Assembly (NCBI GenBank): GCA_050287845.1
Contig: JBNKCR010000077.1
Coordinates: 1 to 64,000, forward strand
DNA length: 64,000 bases
Direction of reading: 5' to 3'
Origin: Polyangia bacterium
GTDB lineage: Bacteria; Myxococcota_A; Polyangia; JAAYKL01
The translations under genes and the position numbers were made by a program. Position 1 is the first letter of the stretch, and each line of letters starts with the position of its first letter. The notes under the pieces were generated by a model. That model saw only the letters and a program-made list of their open reading frames with translations, was not told where the DNA came from and did not search any database. Below, piece after piece: positions 1 to 10,354 of the stretch.

Positions 1-61
1 CGGTTCTCTGTGTCTGTTCGTAAACGGTATCCGGTTTGAACCAGCGCGGTCTTTGTCCCAT
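1..61 (-). mobile_element. 5' end of a probable HUH/Y1 (IS200-like, RAYT-type) tyrosine transposase; runs off the window
   Basis: AAGGAGG RBS (73-67), then ATG at 61 reading MGQRPRWFKPDTVYEQTQRT. This resembles RAYT N-termini (M-x-RP-R...PG..YH.T.R). Only 20 codons are visible and the HUH motif is not in the window. Confidence 0.45.
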
Positions 62-126
62 GGGAACCTCCTTCGCAGGGAAAAACGATTTCCCCCTGCT
101 CGGATGCTTTTCAAATCTGTTGCAGA

Positions 127-261
127 ATTTCTGCGCTCAGACGGAAAAAATCACTCAAAGCGTTTGAAGAAGGGCGTTTGAAGAAGGCGTTTGAAGAAGG
201 GATTTCTGCGCTCAGACGGAAAAAATCACTCAAAGCGTTTGAAGAAGGGTTTGAAGAAGGG
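127..261. repeat. 48-bp direct duplication (127-174, 202-249) with five stuttered copies of TTTGAAGAAGG
   Basis: ATTTCTGCGCTCAGACGGAAAAAATCACTCAAAGCGTTTGAAGAAGGG occurs twice; partial copies at 175-187, 188-201 and 250-261. Confidence 0.9.
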
Positions 262-262
262 C

Positions 263-307
263 GACGAGAGTTTGATGTACATGCGTCTGATTGACGAGAT
301 CTATCTT
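263..307 (+). pseudogene. 15-codon fragment resembling IS3-family transposase OrfB
   Basis: Reads DESLMYMRLIDEIYL, like the MRLIDE..L that precedes PFYG.RR in IS3 OrfB. Bounded by the repeat cluster and the 145-bp element. Confidence 0.4.
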
Positions 308-452
308 GTCCTTAGGAAGGATAAAAGCCATATCGCGTCTACCGTCTATTCAGCATAATTGCTGATTTTTCGTTCACAATTGAGTTCATGCCCGGAAAGC
401 AGCACTTATCCCTGGAAAAATGCATCAGAAATTGTAGTTGATATTCCGAGTC
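308..452. repeat. 145-bp dispersed repeat, copy 1
   Basis: GTCCTTAGGAAGGATAAAAGCC...GATATTCCGAGTC is near-identical to 10208-10354. Confidence 0.95.
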
Positions 453-947
453 ATTGGAATATCTCACTTCGTCTTTGACTATTACTTAGAAGGCGTCTGA
501 TTAGGCTATTGTTTTTAGGTTGCAGAATCTCAAATCTGCGTATTGCTGCGCCTTACAGCAGGAATCAGGTGAAAAAATTCAATGATACCGAACGAGAATA
601 TCAGTTCCTGATGCACTATTAGTCAAAAAAAACAATGCTATTTCCGGTTCATGAAATCAAATGCGGGCGAAAAACGGTAATTGCGCTAAATAACAGACAA
701 TTGCAAAATGGCGTTTATTTGACCTGAAGACGATTTTCAAAAAGCACGTCGCGGATGGACCGAAGATGCATTAAATCAGTCAAAGGCCAACCGTGAATCA
801 CATTGGACAGAAAGCATTGCTATCGGAAGTCGTGCTTTTTGTTGAAGAAATTAAAAACAAGCTTGCTGTTAAAACAGTTGGGCGAAAAATGCGGGTTATA
901 ATTGATGGTTTTGAATTGCGTGAACAGGAATTTTCAGAAAATAGGAT

Positions 948-3900
948 ATGGGTAAAATCACGTGTCGAATAAAGGACAAAATTTTTAATATCAGGTTGTT
1001 ACCGTGGCCCGACCCCAAAGGAGAGCAAATAAAGGTGGCTATCCGATATTTACGCGCAATAGGTGCATTGTTATTCGGCTTGGTGCTGTGCTTTATATCG
1101 ATTAAAGGTTTTGCGCAGAGCAACCTCCAGGCACCTGAAGCGGAGCAACTTCGCTTTTCTCAGCTGACGGTGGAAGACGGTATCTCCAGCGCTCAGGTTT
1201 ACTCGGCCGTGCAGGATGTCGCAGGCTTTATCTGGTTCGGTACCCGTTTTGGGCTGAACCGCTTCGACGGCACCGAAATCAAAAACTATTTTCATGACCC
1301 GAACGACAGCAACAGCGTTGGCGACAACTGGGTCTGGGACCTGCTGTTGGATCGTGACGGCATGTTGTGGACGGTCACCTGGGGTGGTGGTCTGACCCGT
1401 ATTGATTTAGAGCATGAGCATTATATCCACTATCGGCACGACAAGGATGATCCCAACAGTCTGAGCCACAACAACGTCTGGGATCTGTTCCAGGATAGCG
1501 ACGGCGTCATCTGGGCGGGTACCGAGGCGGGCCTGGATCGCCTCAACCCGGATGGCAGTTTCACCCGCTATATCCCGGATCCAGAAAATCCCAGCAACCT
1601 GAGTGCTGACAACATCTCCGGCATCCAGGAGGATGCCGAGGGACGGCTGTGGCTGGCAAGTCATGGCGGCGGCGTAACGGTGTTCGACAAGGCAAGCAAC
1701 AGCTTCAAACAGTATCGGCATGATGCCGATGTGCCTCACAGCCTAAGCCACAATACCCTCTGGGGGCTGTTGATCGACCGACAAGGCGCAATATGGCTTG
1801 CCACTGAAGGAGGCCTGGATTGCTATGATCCCGCCCTGGATGGATTCAAACACTACAAACACCAGCCGGGTAACAGCGCAAGCCTGCCTTCCGATACGGT
1901 AACGCGCCTGTATGAAGACAGCCGGGGGCGGCTGTGGGTTATGACCTGGGGGGGAGGATTGGCGTTGCTGGATCGGAAAACCGGGCAGTTCCAAAGCTAT
2001 ACGCACGATCCTACCGATCCGGCTTCACTGGCGGACAATACCGTCTGGCAGGTGCTGGAAGATCGTAACGGGGTAATCTGGGTAGCCTGCGAAAACAACA
2101 TCAGCAAATACGATCCGATCGAACACCGTTTTAAAAGATATTTGTATCAGGCAGGCAATCCCGTAAGCCTGAGTGGGCCGAACATCAGTGCATTCTACAT
2201 GGATGACGCGGGGCATCTCTGGGTCGCCACCCAGGGTTCCGGCATCAATCGATCCGACCCGGCCCGTAAGCGTTATCAACACTTTCACCACGAGGAGCAT
2301 GACGCAGATGCGATAGATCGCGATATTGTTTTCAATATCGTGCCGGATGGAGGCGGCGGGTTGTGGCTCGCCACCAAGCGGGGACTGGATCATTTCGATC
2401 CCGTCAGTGGTGAATTCAAGCGTCCGAAATACCAGTCAGTGAAAAATATCGGCATGCGCACCGGAACCCTGCAGGACCTGGCAATGGACTCAGAAGGCGG
2501 CTTGTGGGGGGCAGCCTACGGTTTCGGTGTGGAGCATTTCGTTCCCGAAACAGGCAAGGTAACCCGCTACCGTACCCGTGATGGTGATATCAACGGGCTG
2601 GGCAGCGACCTGGCCACCACCATTGAGGTGGCATCAGACGGCACTATTTGGATCGGGGGCGATGGTCTGTTGAGCCAAATCGATCCCCGCAACGGTGACA
2701 TCCACAACTTTGAGCCAGGGTATAATGGACTGAACAGTAACAATGTCCTTTCCCTCCACGAGGATCGTAAGGGTAGGATGTGGATCGGCACCGACAGGCT
2801 GAGCCGCTACGACGCCGCCACCGGCGGTTTTATCACAGTTGATGATCAGCGAAGTACGGCAAACGACCTGATCATGGACATTCTCGATGATGTTGAGGGA
2901 AACCTCTGGTTAAGCGGTAACAACGGCTTAACCAAATTTGCCCCGGAATCGGGTAAGTTCCGTACCTATAATCGCTACGATAACCTGCAGGGTAAGGCAT
3001 TTCTTCGAAACACCGCCTATCTTAGCCCACAGGGGGAGATGTTCTTTGGCGGTAACCATGGTTACAACAGCTTTTTCCCGCAACAGGTACAAGACAATCC
3101 GCTTCACCCCGAAGTTTTGTTGACCGACTTGCGCATCAATGGCGCCAAGAATATTCCGACAGACCCGAACGCACCGCTTCATAAGCATATCGCCTATGCG
3201 CGGGAACTGACCTTGACTCATAAGCACTCAAGCTTCTGGCTACGGTTTTCCTCGCTCAACACCAGTAATGTGCAAAACAATCGTTATGCCTACATGCTGG
3301 ACGGGTTTGATCAGGGCTGGCGCCAGGCGGATGCTAGCTGCTCGCTGGCTTATACCAACCTGGATCCCGGTACATACAGGCTGCGGATTAAAACCGCCAA
3401 CAATGACGGTCTGTGGAATGAACAACCCCGAGACCTGTTGGTGACGGTACTACCCGCCTGGTGGGAAACACGCTGGGCTTATACGGCTTATCTGCTTGCC
3501 TTGATTCTGCTCGTGGCAGCGATTGTGCATGTCCGCACGCTGGTCTATCGCCGGCGTGCTGACGAGATGGAAACGGTTGTAGCAGAAAGAACAACCAGTC
3601 TTGCCGCCGAAATCGACGAGCGGAAAAAGGTCCAGGAAAAGCTCTCGGAAACCAATGACATCCTGGAACAAGCGAAAGAGCAGGCCGAAGCGGCAAACCA
3701 GGCAAAAAGCCAGTTCCTGGCGAACATGAGTCACGAACTGCGCACGCCCCTGAACGCCGTGCTTGGTTTTTCACAGCTGATGCAAAACGATCACCACATC
3801 ACTGCAGATCAGAAGCAATATTTAACCATTATAGCCCACAGTGGCGAACACTTACTATACCTGATCAACAACGTGTTGGAGATCTCTAAAATCGAGTCGG

Positions 3901-5108
3901 GACGGGTGGAACTGGAGGAAGCCCATCTTGATCTATACCAACTGATACAAGAAATGAAGTCCTTGATGGGGATACGAGCCTATGAGAAGGGCTTGGATTT
4001 CAGCCTGGAGCAGACCCCGGATCTGCCCCGGCATATCCATATTGATGGGGGCAAATTGAGGCAGGTGCTGATCAACCTGATTGAAAACGCCATCAAGTAC
4101 ACCAAAAGCGGCGCTGTCATGCTTCGGGCCATGACCATGGACCAGAAGCGTTCCGATCTGGTGCGGCTACGATTCGAGGTTGAGGATACAGGCCCCGGCA
4201 TCCCAAAGGACGAGAGGGAGCGGATCTTTTCTCCCTTTGTACAATTGAGTGATCGAGCATCCACCGAGACCGGAACTGGCCTGGGGCTGGCCATTTCCAA
4301 ACAGTACGTGGAACTTATGGGGGGTAAGATCGGTGTCACTGGAGAACCCGGCAAAGGATCGATCTTTCACTTCCAGATACCGGCAACGGTGCTCGTCGTG
4401 GAAGCGATGCCCGCCGAATTGCTCCGTGGCCAGCGCGTTATCGGATTGGCCGAGGGACAGCCACGCCATCGTATGCTTATTGCCGAGGACCATCCGGAGA
4501 ACCGTTTACTGCTGCGTAGGCTGCTGGAGCCGCTGGGTATCGAACTGCGGGAAGCGGTCAACGGCGAGGAGGCGGTAGCCATTTTCGAGAAGTGGCAACC
4601 CGATCTGATCTGGATGGATATTCGCATGCCGGTCATGGACGGACTGGAAGCGACCCGGCGTATCAAGGCAACACAGGATGGTGCTCGCACAAGGATCGTT
4701 GCTGTTACCGCCCATGCATTGGAAGAGGAACGGCGCGAAATCCTGGCAGCGGGGTGTGATGATTTTATTCGCAAGCCGTATCGAGATGTCGATATCCACG
4801 ATGCACTGACAAGAAATCTTGGCCTCCGCTTCGTCTACGAAGAAGAGCAGCCTCCTGACAATGATACACTGATGCCTACAGCGGCCGACCTGACCAATTT
4901 GTCTGGTGAGTTGCTTCAGGAACTGGAACAAGCTCTTGTACGGATCGACATCGACGAGGTAACCCTTTTGATTGAAGCGATACGTGACCAGTATCCATCC
5001 CAGGCAGAGATATTGGGAGCCATGGCTCAGGACCTGCAATTCGGAAAGGTGCTACGGATTATTCGCGCCGCCCGGGGTGACACCGGCATGACAACAAACC
5101 ATAAATAA
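948..5108 (+). CDS. Hybrid sensor histidine kinase: periplasmic beta-propeller (two-component regulator propeller) + Y_Y_Y, TM, HisKA, HATPase, receiver
   Basis: Repeated D..G.LW.GT..GL blades; [20 protein letters not shown] before the [34 protein letters not shown]. Start codon uncertain. Confidence 0.93.
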   Translation: MGKITCRIKDKIFNIRLLPWPDPKGEQIKVAIRYLRAIGALLFGLVLCFISIKGFAQSNLQAPEAEQLRFSQLTVEDGISSAQVYSAVQDVAGFIWFGTRFGLNRFDGTEIKNYFHDPNDSNSVGDNWVWDLLLDRDGMLWTVTWGGGLTRIDLEHEHYIHYRHDKDDPNSLSHNNVWDLFQDSDGVIWAGTEAGLDRLNPDGSFTRYIPDPENPSNLSADNISGIQEDAEGRLWLASHGGGVTVFDKASNSFKQYRHDADVPHSLSHNTLWGLLIDRQGAIWLATEGGLDCYDPALDGFKHYKHQPGNSASLPSDTVTRLYEDSRGRLWVMTWGGGLALLDRKTGQFQSYTHDPTDPASLADNTVWQVLEDRNGVIWVACENNISKYDPIEHRFKRYLYQAGNPVSLSGPNISAFYMDDAGHLWVATQGSGINRSDPARKRYQHFHHEEHDADAIDRDIVFNIVPDGGGGLWLATKRGLDHFDPVSGEFKRPKYQSVKNIGMRTGTLQDLAMDSEGGLWGAAYGFGVEHFVPETGKVTRYRTRDGDINGLGSDLATTIEVASDGTIWIGGDGLLSQIDPRNGDIHNFEPGYNGLNSNNVLSLHEDRKGRMWIGTDRLSRYDAATGGFITVDDQRSTANDLIMDILDDVEGNLWLSGNNGLTKFAPESGKFRTYNRYDNLQGKAFLRNTAYLSPQGEMFFGGNHGYNSFFPQQVQDNPLHPEVLLTDLRINGAKNIPTDPNAPLHKHIAYARELTLTHKHSSFWLRFSSLNTSNVQNNRYAYMLDGFDQGWRQADASCSLAYTNLDPGTYRLRIKTANNDGLWNEQPRDLLVTVLPAWWETRWAYTAYLLALILLVAAIVHVRTLVYRRRADEMETVVAERTTSLAAEIDERKKVQEKLSETNDILEQAKEQAEAANQAKSQFLANMSHELRTPLNAVLGFSQLMQNDHHITADQKQYLTIIAHSGEHLLYLINNVLEISKIESGRVELEEAHLDLYQLIQEMKSLMGIRAYEKGLDFSLEQTPDLPRHIHIDGGKLRQVLINLIENAIKYTKSGAVMLRAMTMDQKRSDLVRLRFEVEDTGPGIPKDERERIFSPFVQLSDRASTETGTGLGLAISKQYVELMGGKIGVTGEPGKGSIFHFQIPATVLVVEAMPAELLRGQRVIGLAEGQPRHRMLIAEDHPENRLLLRRLLEPLGIELREAVNGEEAVAIFEKWQPDLIWMDIRMPVMDGLEATRRIKATQDGARTRIVAVTAHALEEERREILAAGCDDFIRKPYRDVDIHDALTRNLGLRFVYEEEQPPDNDTLMPTAADLTNLSGELLQELEQALVRIDIDEVTLLIEAIRDQYPSQAEILGAMAQDLQFGKVLRIIRAARGDTGMTTNHK

Positions 5109-5120
5109 AAAGAGACACGC

Positions 5121-6374
5121 GTGACCATGGATAAAATTCTGATAGTAGATGACACCACTGCCAATCTGAAGCTGCTGACCAATCTATTAACGGCGCATGG
5201 CTACACCGTCTATCCTGCTTCCGATGGTGAACTGGCATTGGAATTTGTCCAATCAACCCTTCCAGATCTCATATTACTGGATATCCGGATGCCAGGATTG
5301 GACGGTTTAGAGGTCTGCTGCCGGCTCAAGGCCGATGAACGGACGCGCTCCATCCCAATCATCTTCATCAGCATCCTGGAAAATGCAGGTGATAAGGTGA
5401 AGGGTTTTCAGGCTGGTGCAGTGGACTACATCACTAAACCATTTCAGCAGGAGGAGGTGCTGGCCAGGATCCAAACACATCTTCGTCTTCGGACACTGAC
5501 CGAACAGTTGGAACAAAAAGTCAGAGAGCGGACGACAAACCTGACCATCACCAATAAGCGGCTTCAGAAGGAAATCACTGAGCGGGAACGGGCCCAGGAG
5601 GCGCTTCAAGTCTTGAATGATAAGCTTGAAGAGCGCGTTCATGAGCGCACTGCAGAGATAGCGGCATCCAACAAGGAACTGGAAGCGTTTGCCTACTCAG
5701 TCTCTCACGACCTTAGGGCACCGCTTCGCCATATAGATGGATACCTGGGACTGCTGCGGAAGTGGTCGGGAGAGGCACTGGATGAGCAGGTTCAATATTA
5801 CATAGACGTTGTCTCCGATTCAGCTAAAAAAATGGGCCTGTTAATCGACAATTTACTCTCCTTTTCCCGCATGGGGCGCAACGCCATGTCGATTCAGTCG
5901 TTGGCGCTGGAGTCCCTGGTGCGCGAGGTGATCCAGGAACTCGAGCCCGATAATGCCGACAGAACCATCGACTGGTGCATAGGTAATCTTCCCATGGTTG
6001 AAGGAGACACTATACTGCTGAGAACGATGCTGACCAATCTGATCGACAATGCCATCAAATTCACCCGGCCCCGGGAGAAGGCCCGCATCGAGATCGGGTC
6101 GCTCTCCGACCGGGATAGCAAGACCGTGATTTTCGTACGCGACAATGGTGTGGGCTTCGACATGGCCTATGTAGAAAAGATCTTTGGCGTTTTCCAGCGA
6201 TTACACCGAACAGAAGAGTTCGAGGGCACTGGTATCGGATTGGCCAACGTGCATCGTATCATTGCCCGGCATGGTGGCCGGATTTGGGCCGAAGGAGAAC
6301 CGAACCAGGGTGCTGCGTTTTTCTTCACCCTACCTCTTGCGAAGCGGAATAAAATTGTCCCGGGTTCGACATAA
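5121..6374 (+). CDS. Receiver-coiled coil-histidine kinase (hybrid RR/HK)
   Basis: ILIVDD, LLDIRMPGLDG and YITKPF receiver motifs; YSVSHDLRAPLRHI H-box; DNGVGF; GTGIGL. Confidence 0.93.
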   Translation: MTMDKILIVDDTTANLKLLTNLLTAHGYTVYPASDGELALEFVQSTLPDLILLDIRMPGLDGLEVCCRLKADERTRSIPIIFISILENAGDKVKGFQAGAVDYITKPFQQEEVLARIQTHLRLRTLTEQLEQKVRERTTNLTITNKRLQKEITERERAQEALQVLNDKLEERVHERTAEIAASNKELEAFAYSVSHDLRAPLRHIDGYLGLLRKWSGEALDEQVQYYIDVVSDSAKKMGLLIDNLLSFSRMGRNAMSIQSLALESLVREVIQELEPDNADRTIDWCIGNLPMVEGDTILLRTMLTNLIDNAIKFTRPREKARIEIGSLSDRDSKTVIFVRDNGVGFDMAYVEKIFGVFQRLHRTEEFEGTGIGLANVHRIIARHGGRIWAEGEPNQGAAFFFTLPLAKRNKIVPGST

Positions 6375-6388
6375 CAGCTCACTCCGTT

Positions 6389-6446
6389 GGAGACTGGAGA
6401 CTGGAGACTGGAGACTGGGGACTGGAGACTGAAGGAGACTGGGGAC
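6389..6446. repeat. Heptamer tandem repeat GG(A/G)GACT, about 8 units
   Basis: GGAGACT x4, GGGGACT, GGAGACT, GAA, GGAGACT, GGGGAC. Confidence 0.9.
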
Positions 6447-6513
6447 AAGGAGGTTGGGGACGGCAAAATGAAGAAGCGGCGTCCAGATCTGGTAAGATGA
6501 TTTGGACAAAAAA

Positions 6514-6687
6514 CCCTACGTAAACGACTCGGAGTGATTTCTGAGGTGCAGTCCAGACGCACCCAACGTAAACGACTCGGAGTGATTTCTGGGGATTTCT
6601 GGGGTGACACGGCCCAACGTAAACGACTCGGAGTGATTTCTGGGGTGACACGGCCCAACGTAAACGACTCGGAGTGATTTCTGGGGG
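6514..6687. repeat. Four direct copies of the 30-bp CCCWACGTAAACGACTCGGAGTGATTTCTG
   Basis: Copies at 6514-6543, 6562-6591, 6613-6642 and 6654-6683; intervals of 18, 21 and 11 bp. Confidence 0.95.
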
Positions 6688-6690
6688 AGA

Positions 6691-9600
6691 TTATGGGGCG
6701 GGAGTATAGGTGCCGATGTCATTTGCGTCGCGGGGTTCTATTTTGGCCTGGTCGTTTCGCCAGCAAAGCACGCCGGTAATCGACTCATAGGTATCGTCCA
6801 CTGCAGGGAATGGATCTGCCAGATAAAACATATCGTCAATGCGCACGGTGGAATCGATCACAAACTCGTTTGTCGGTGTGAGGTCTCCTTCTCCGACAGC
6901 GGGCGCAATGTCTGTGACGGTTGCCTGTTGATTCAGCTGCACCAATACCCCTTCGAGGGCATCGAAACGACTGCCGTCCTCGGCAATTTCTTCGGGGGTG
7001 ACAACAATCGCCGCTGGAATCGACGCACCACTTTGAAGCACGTCAATATTTGTTACCGATTTCAATTCGTAGGCGCCGAAATGGATGTCGAATGTTCCGG
7101 TTACATTGACGATATCGCCCTGCTCTGGAACTGAACCGAAATTGCTTCCGGTGTACACATAGATACCACTGTAGTCTTCGTCGATGTAGTCGCTGTGAGT
7201 GGGGGGAATCTGTGCAAAGAAACCGGTGTCTGTCAAAGACGCGGTGACGACCAGACCTTCTACGACGACTTCTGTATTTTGGGCAATCGCTCCGGTTCTA
7301 ATGTCATATACGGACACCGCGCAAAGACCGTCGACATTGAAATAGTCGTCACAATTGTCACAGGCGGCGCCGATGCCGTCCGCGTCGGCGTCTTCCTGAT
7401 TCGTATTAAAAACATTCGGGCAATTGTCCGTACTGTTGACCACCCCGTCCCCGTCTATGTCATCGTATGCCACCGGCGCGCATGTATCGCCTTCGTTCAG
7501 TGAACACACATCACAGGCGTCCCCAATGCCGTCGCCGTCCACATCGCCTTGCACACCGTTGTCCATTGGGCGAATGGGATTAAACACATTCGGGCAGTTG
7601 TCTGCATCATTGTCAATGCCGTCACCGTCCGCGTCTTCGGTAGTGATGTCTCCCGTGTATTCGTTGGGGCGGCTGGGAATACAGGTGGGCTCATTCGGCG
7701 GTACATCACAATAGTCGTAGGAGTAGTTCGCCGCATTATCGGACAGTACCGATGCGAGTGGGCTTCCGGTGTCGGTCATGCAAATGCGTTTGCTGTTCAG
7801 GCATACGGGGATGGTGTCGCATTCTGCAGGTGTCTCAACCATGTTGTCCACGAGCGCACCGTCGCCATACAGTACATGACCGCCGCGGAGCACCAACAGC
7901 ACATCACTCGGTGTGGCTTCGATAACCGCACGATAATCTGAATTGACGCTCCCATCAAAAATGGCAATATCTGCGATTTGTCCAGCCTGCAGTCGGCCCA
8001 CAACACCGGTGAGATGCGCTGCATCTGCTGCGTTGGCGGTGGCCATGGCCCATAATTGTTGGTCGCTGAAGTGGTCATTCAGGTAGTTGCTGTTTAAAAA
8101 GTCGGCGCATTGAAGCTCGCGCAGCATATTGGTCGAACCGGTATGTTGCCAGTATGTTCCCAATGCGACGTTCACGCCGGCAAAATCCATGGCAATTACC
8201 TGGGCAGTATTGCCGTATATCTGGGTGTCGTGACGTGGCGACCAAACTACCGACGCCGTTGATTCCGCCAGCTCCCATATATCTCTGGGCGACAGTCCAA
8301 TGCCTTCCAGTACCAGTGTGTTGGATTCCACAATATCGACGCCGTTGTCTTTCAGGCCGGAAAGGCATAAGAACTCGTTTTCCGCTTCTGCAGAAATACC
8401 TTCCGCAATCACGGGCGAGTATGCCGCATCATCAAGGTCCGCGAGTGTCGTGCTGATGTCATATGACGTACATTCACCCGTTGTTAAAAACCCTGAATTA
8501 TCTCCCAGCGGGAATGTGTCAAAATTGATTTCACCGTCTCGTAACCCACTATCGTATTCGGTTTGGTCCAAATTTCGAACCAGCCCCGTTGCGCTGCCGC
8601 TGGCAGAAATACTGGTGGTACCCCCCATTGTAAATCGCATTTCAGTAAAAATGCGCTCCGCCAGGGTTGCACTGCCGGCGACGTCTAATTGGGTGTGGCC
8701 ATTTAATCCGCGGCGCCATTCGTGGCGATGGTCGTACCGTTCCACGCCGACTTCCACTGGTCCGCTCATGCCGTATGTTATGTGATCATGGAGATCAATG
8801 AGTCCGGGCGAGACAAAGGCGTTGGGGCAATTGATTACCATGGCGTCGGCGACCTGGGCAGAACAATCACAATCCACACAGGTAATCAGTGCATTCTCCG
8901 GTGCCCCGGTGCGGTCAACGAGCACCGCGCCGCCTTCCAGTACACCATCTTCGGTCAAGATGTTTCCCTGAATCAGTATCTGTGACGAAGTGGGTGTTCC
9001 GGAGATGACTTCGCATACGCCGGCCGTATTGTCCGGCAACGTGTTTCCACAGTTGCCGATATCGGTGTCCGTGCCGGTGTCAGAATCCGTATCTGTGCCG
9101 ATGTCAGAATCGGTGTCCATGTTGGTGTCAGAATCTGTGTCCGTGTCAGAGTCGGTGTCCGTGCCGGTGTCAGAATCCGTATCTGTGCCGATGTCAGAAT
9201 CGGTGTCCATGTTGGTGTCAGAATCTGTGTCCGTGTCAGAGTCGGTATCAGAATCGGTATCCGTGTCGGAATCCGTGTCAGAGTCGGTATCAGAATCGGT
9301 ATCCGTGTCGGAATCCGTGTCGGTGTCAGAATCCGTGTTAGAGTCGGTGTCAGAATCCGTGTCCGTATCAGAATAAGTATCCGTGTCGATATCAGAATTG
9401 GTATCCGTGTCCGTATCTGTATCGGAATCTGAGTCTGCGTCCGCGTCTGTGTCGGTATCAGAGTCAGAATCGAAGTCCGTTTCTGCGTCTGTGTTGGTAT
9501 CCGTGTCTGCGTCGATATCGGTATTGGAGTCAGAATCGGAGTCCGCATCTGTATCCGTATACGTATCCGTATCTGTGTCTGTATACGTATCCGTATCTGA

Positions 9601-9849
9601 GTATTTGTTCGTATCTGAATCGGCGTCCCCATTCGATGGGGTACAATTGCAGACATTCCATCCGTCACCATCTTCGGTACAACTCTGAACACCGCTGGGA
9701 TTGTTTTCCCCGCAAGGGCATTCCTGGACTTCTCCCGGTGCGCAAACACCATCATCCGAATGCTCGCTGGCACAGCCTGAAGGTAAAATAAGGGATGAAA
9801 GAAATAATAATAATAAAACTAATAAACAAGTGTCACGATTCATATACAA
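6691..9849 (-). CDS. Lipoprotein: Cys-rich motif, long DT/DS stalk, amidohydrolase-fold domain, thrombospondin type-3 repeats, C-terminal OB-fold-like domain
   Basis: LPSGC lipobox; about 190 aa of D-T/D-S repeats; PGLIDLHDH; GRLQAGQIADIAI; DADGDGI..DNCP repeats; GDIVNVTG and LEGVLV. Confidence 0.85.
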   Translation of the reverse strand: MYMNRDTCLLVLLLLFLSSLILPSGCASEHSDDGVCAPGEVQECPCGENNPSGVQSCTEDGDGWNVCNCTPSNGDADSDTNKYSDTDTYTDTDTDTYTDTDADSDSDSNTDIDADTDTNTDAETDFDSDSDTDTDADADSDSDTDTDTDTNSDIDTDTYSDTDTDSDTDSNTDSDTDTDSDTDTDSDTDSDTDSDTDTDSDTDSDTDTDSDTNMDTDSDIGTDTDSDTGTDTDSDTDTDSDTNMDTDSDIGTDTDSDTGTDTDIGNCGNTLPDNTAGVCEVISGTPTSSQILIQGNILTEDGVLEGGAVLVDRTGAPENALITCVDCDCSAQVADAMVINCPNAFVSPGLIDLHDHITYGMSGPVEVGVERYDHRHEWRRGLNGHTQLDVAGSATLAERIFTEMRFTMGGTTSISASGSATGLVRNLDQTEYDSGLRDGEINFDTFPLGDNSGFLTTGECTSYDISTTLADLDDAAYSPVIAEGISAEAENEFLCLSGLKDNGVDIVESNTLVLEGIGLSPRDIWELAESTASVVWSPRHDTQIYGNTAQVIAMDFAGVNVALGTYWQHTGSTNMLRELQCADFLNSNYLNDHFSDQQLWAMATANAADAAHLTGVVGRLQAGQIADIAIFDGSVNSDYRAVIEATPSDVLLVLRGGHVLYGDGALVDNMVETPAECDTIPVCLNSKRICMTDTGSPLASVLSDNAANYSYDYCDVPPNEPTCIPSRPNEYTGDITTEDADGDGIDNDADNCPNVFNPIRPMDNGVQGDVDGDGIGDACDVCSLNEGDTCAPVAYDDIDGDGVVNSTDNCPNVFNTNQEDADADGIGAACDNCDDYFNVDGLCAVSVYDIRTGAIAQNTEVVVEGLVVTASLTDTGFFAQIPPTHSDYIDEDYSGIYVYTGSNFGSVPEQGDIVNVTGTFDIHFGAYELKSVTNIDVLQSGASIPAAIVVTPEEIAEDGSRFDALEGVLVQLNQQATVTDIAPAVGEGDLTPTNEFVIDSTVRIDDMFYLADPFPAVDDTYESITGVLCWRNDQAKIEPRDANDIGTYTPAP

Positions 9850-10008
9850 GTACCTCCATACAACAACTGCAACAGTTCAGGTTCAATTTTCCGTAGACTA
9901 TGTACTGTATCCGCTATGCAAGGTAAATGCGAAATGGCGGGCTTCTTTATATGGTTGTTTTTTATCAGCAACCGCTATAAATCGTAAACCGAATATTGCG
10001 ACTGCTGG

Positions 10009-10207
10009 CTAATTCGATAATTGCTCTATAATTTCAGACAGATAGGTGAATGCTTCGTTGAGGGCGGGGTAGCCGTTGAATGGGTACCAGTCGCAGGGGT
10101 TACCGGCGTAGGCGTTGATTGTGGCTATTCCGTCTATCATGTCAATAACGGTATCTCTGTACAATTCTTTATCGGATGGGGCGACAATGTGCAGGGGATC
10201 GTTCTGG
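10009..10207 (-). pseudogene. Startless 3' gene fragment (65 codons)
   Basis: Open frame QNDPLHIVAPSDKELYRDTVIDMIDGIATINAYAGNPCDWYPFNGYPALNEAFTYLSEIIEQLSN*. Upstream it enters the 145-bp repeat and meets a stop without a start codon. Confidence 0.5.
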
Positions 10208-10354
10208 GTCCTTAGGAAGGATAAAAGCCATATCGCGTCTACCGTCTATTCAGCATAATTGCAGATTTTTCGTTCACACATTTGAGTTCATGCCCGGAAA
10301 GTAGCACTTATCCCTGGAAAAATGCATCAGAAATTGTAGTTGATATTCCGAGTC
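10208..10354. repeat. 145-bp dispersed repeat, copy 2
   Basis: Matches 308-452 apart from a few substitutions and a 2-bp indel. Confidence 0.95.

Noticed and set aside
6514..6687. CRISPR array
   Set aside because: Intervals are 11-21 bp, unequal and partly identical; partial repeats occur; no cas genes in the window.
6167..6722. ORFs with repeated EITPSRLR peptides (also 10274-10510)
   Set aside because: Translations of the non-coding 30-bp repeats; no RBS or domain evidence.
8973..9773. Alternative-frame and antisense ORFs rich in SVSV or IRIP (also near 11.3, 18.6, 25.7, 27.5 and 36.8 kb)
   Set aside because: Shadows of the stop-free DT/DS repeat DNA of the real lipoprotein genes.
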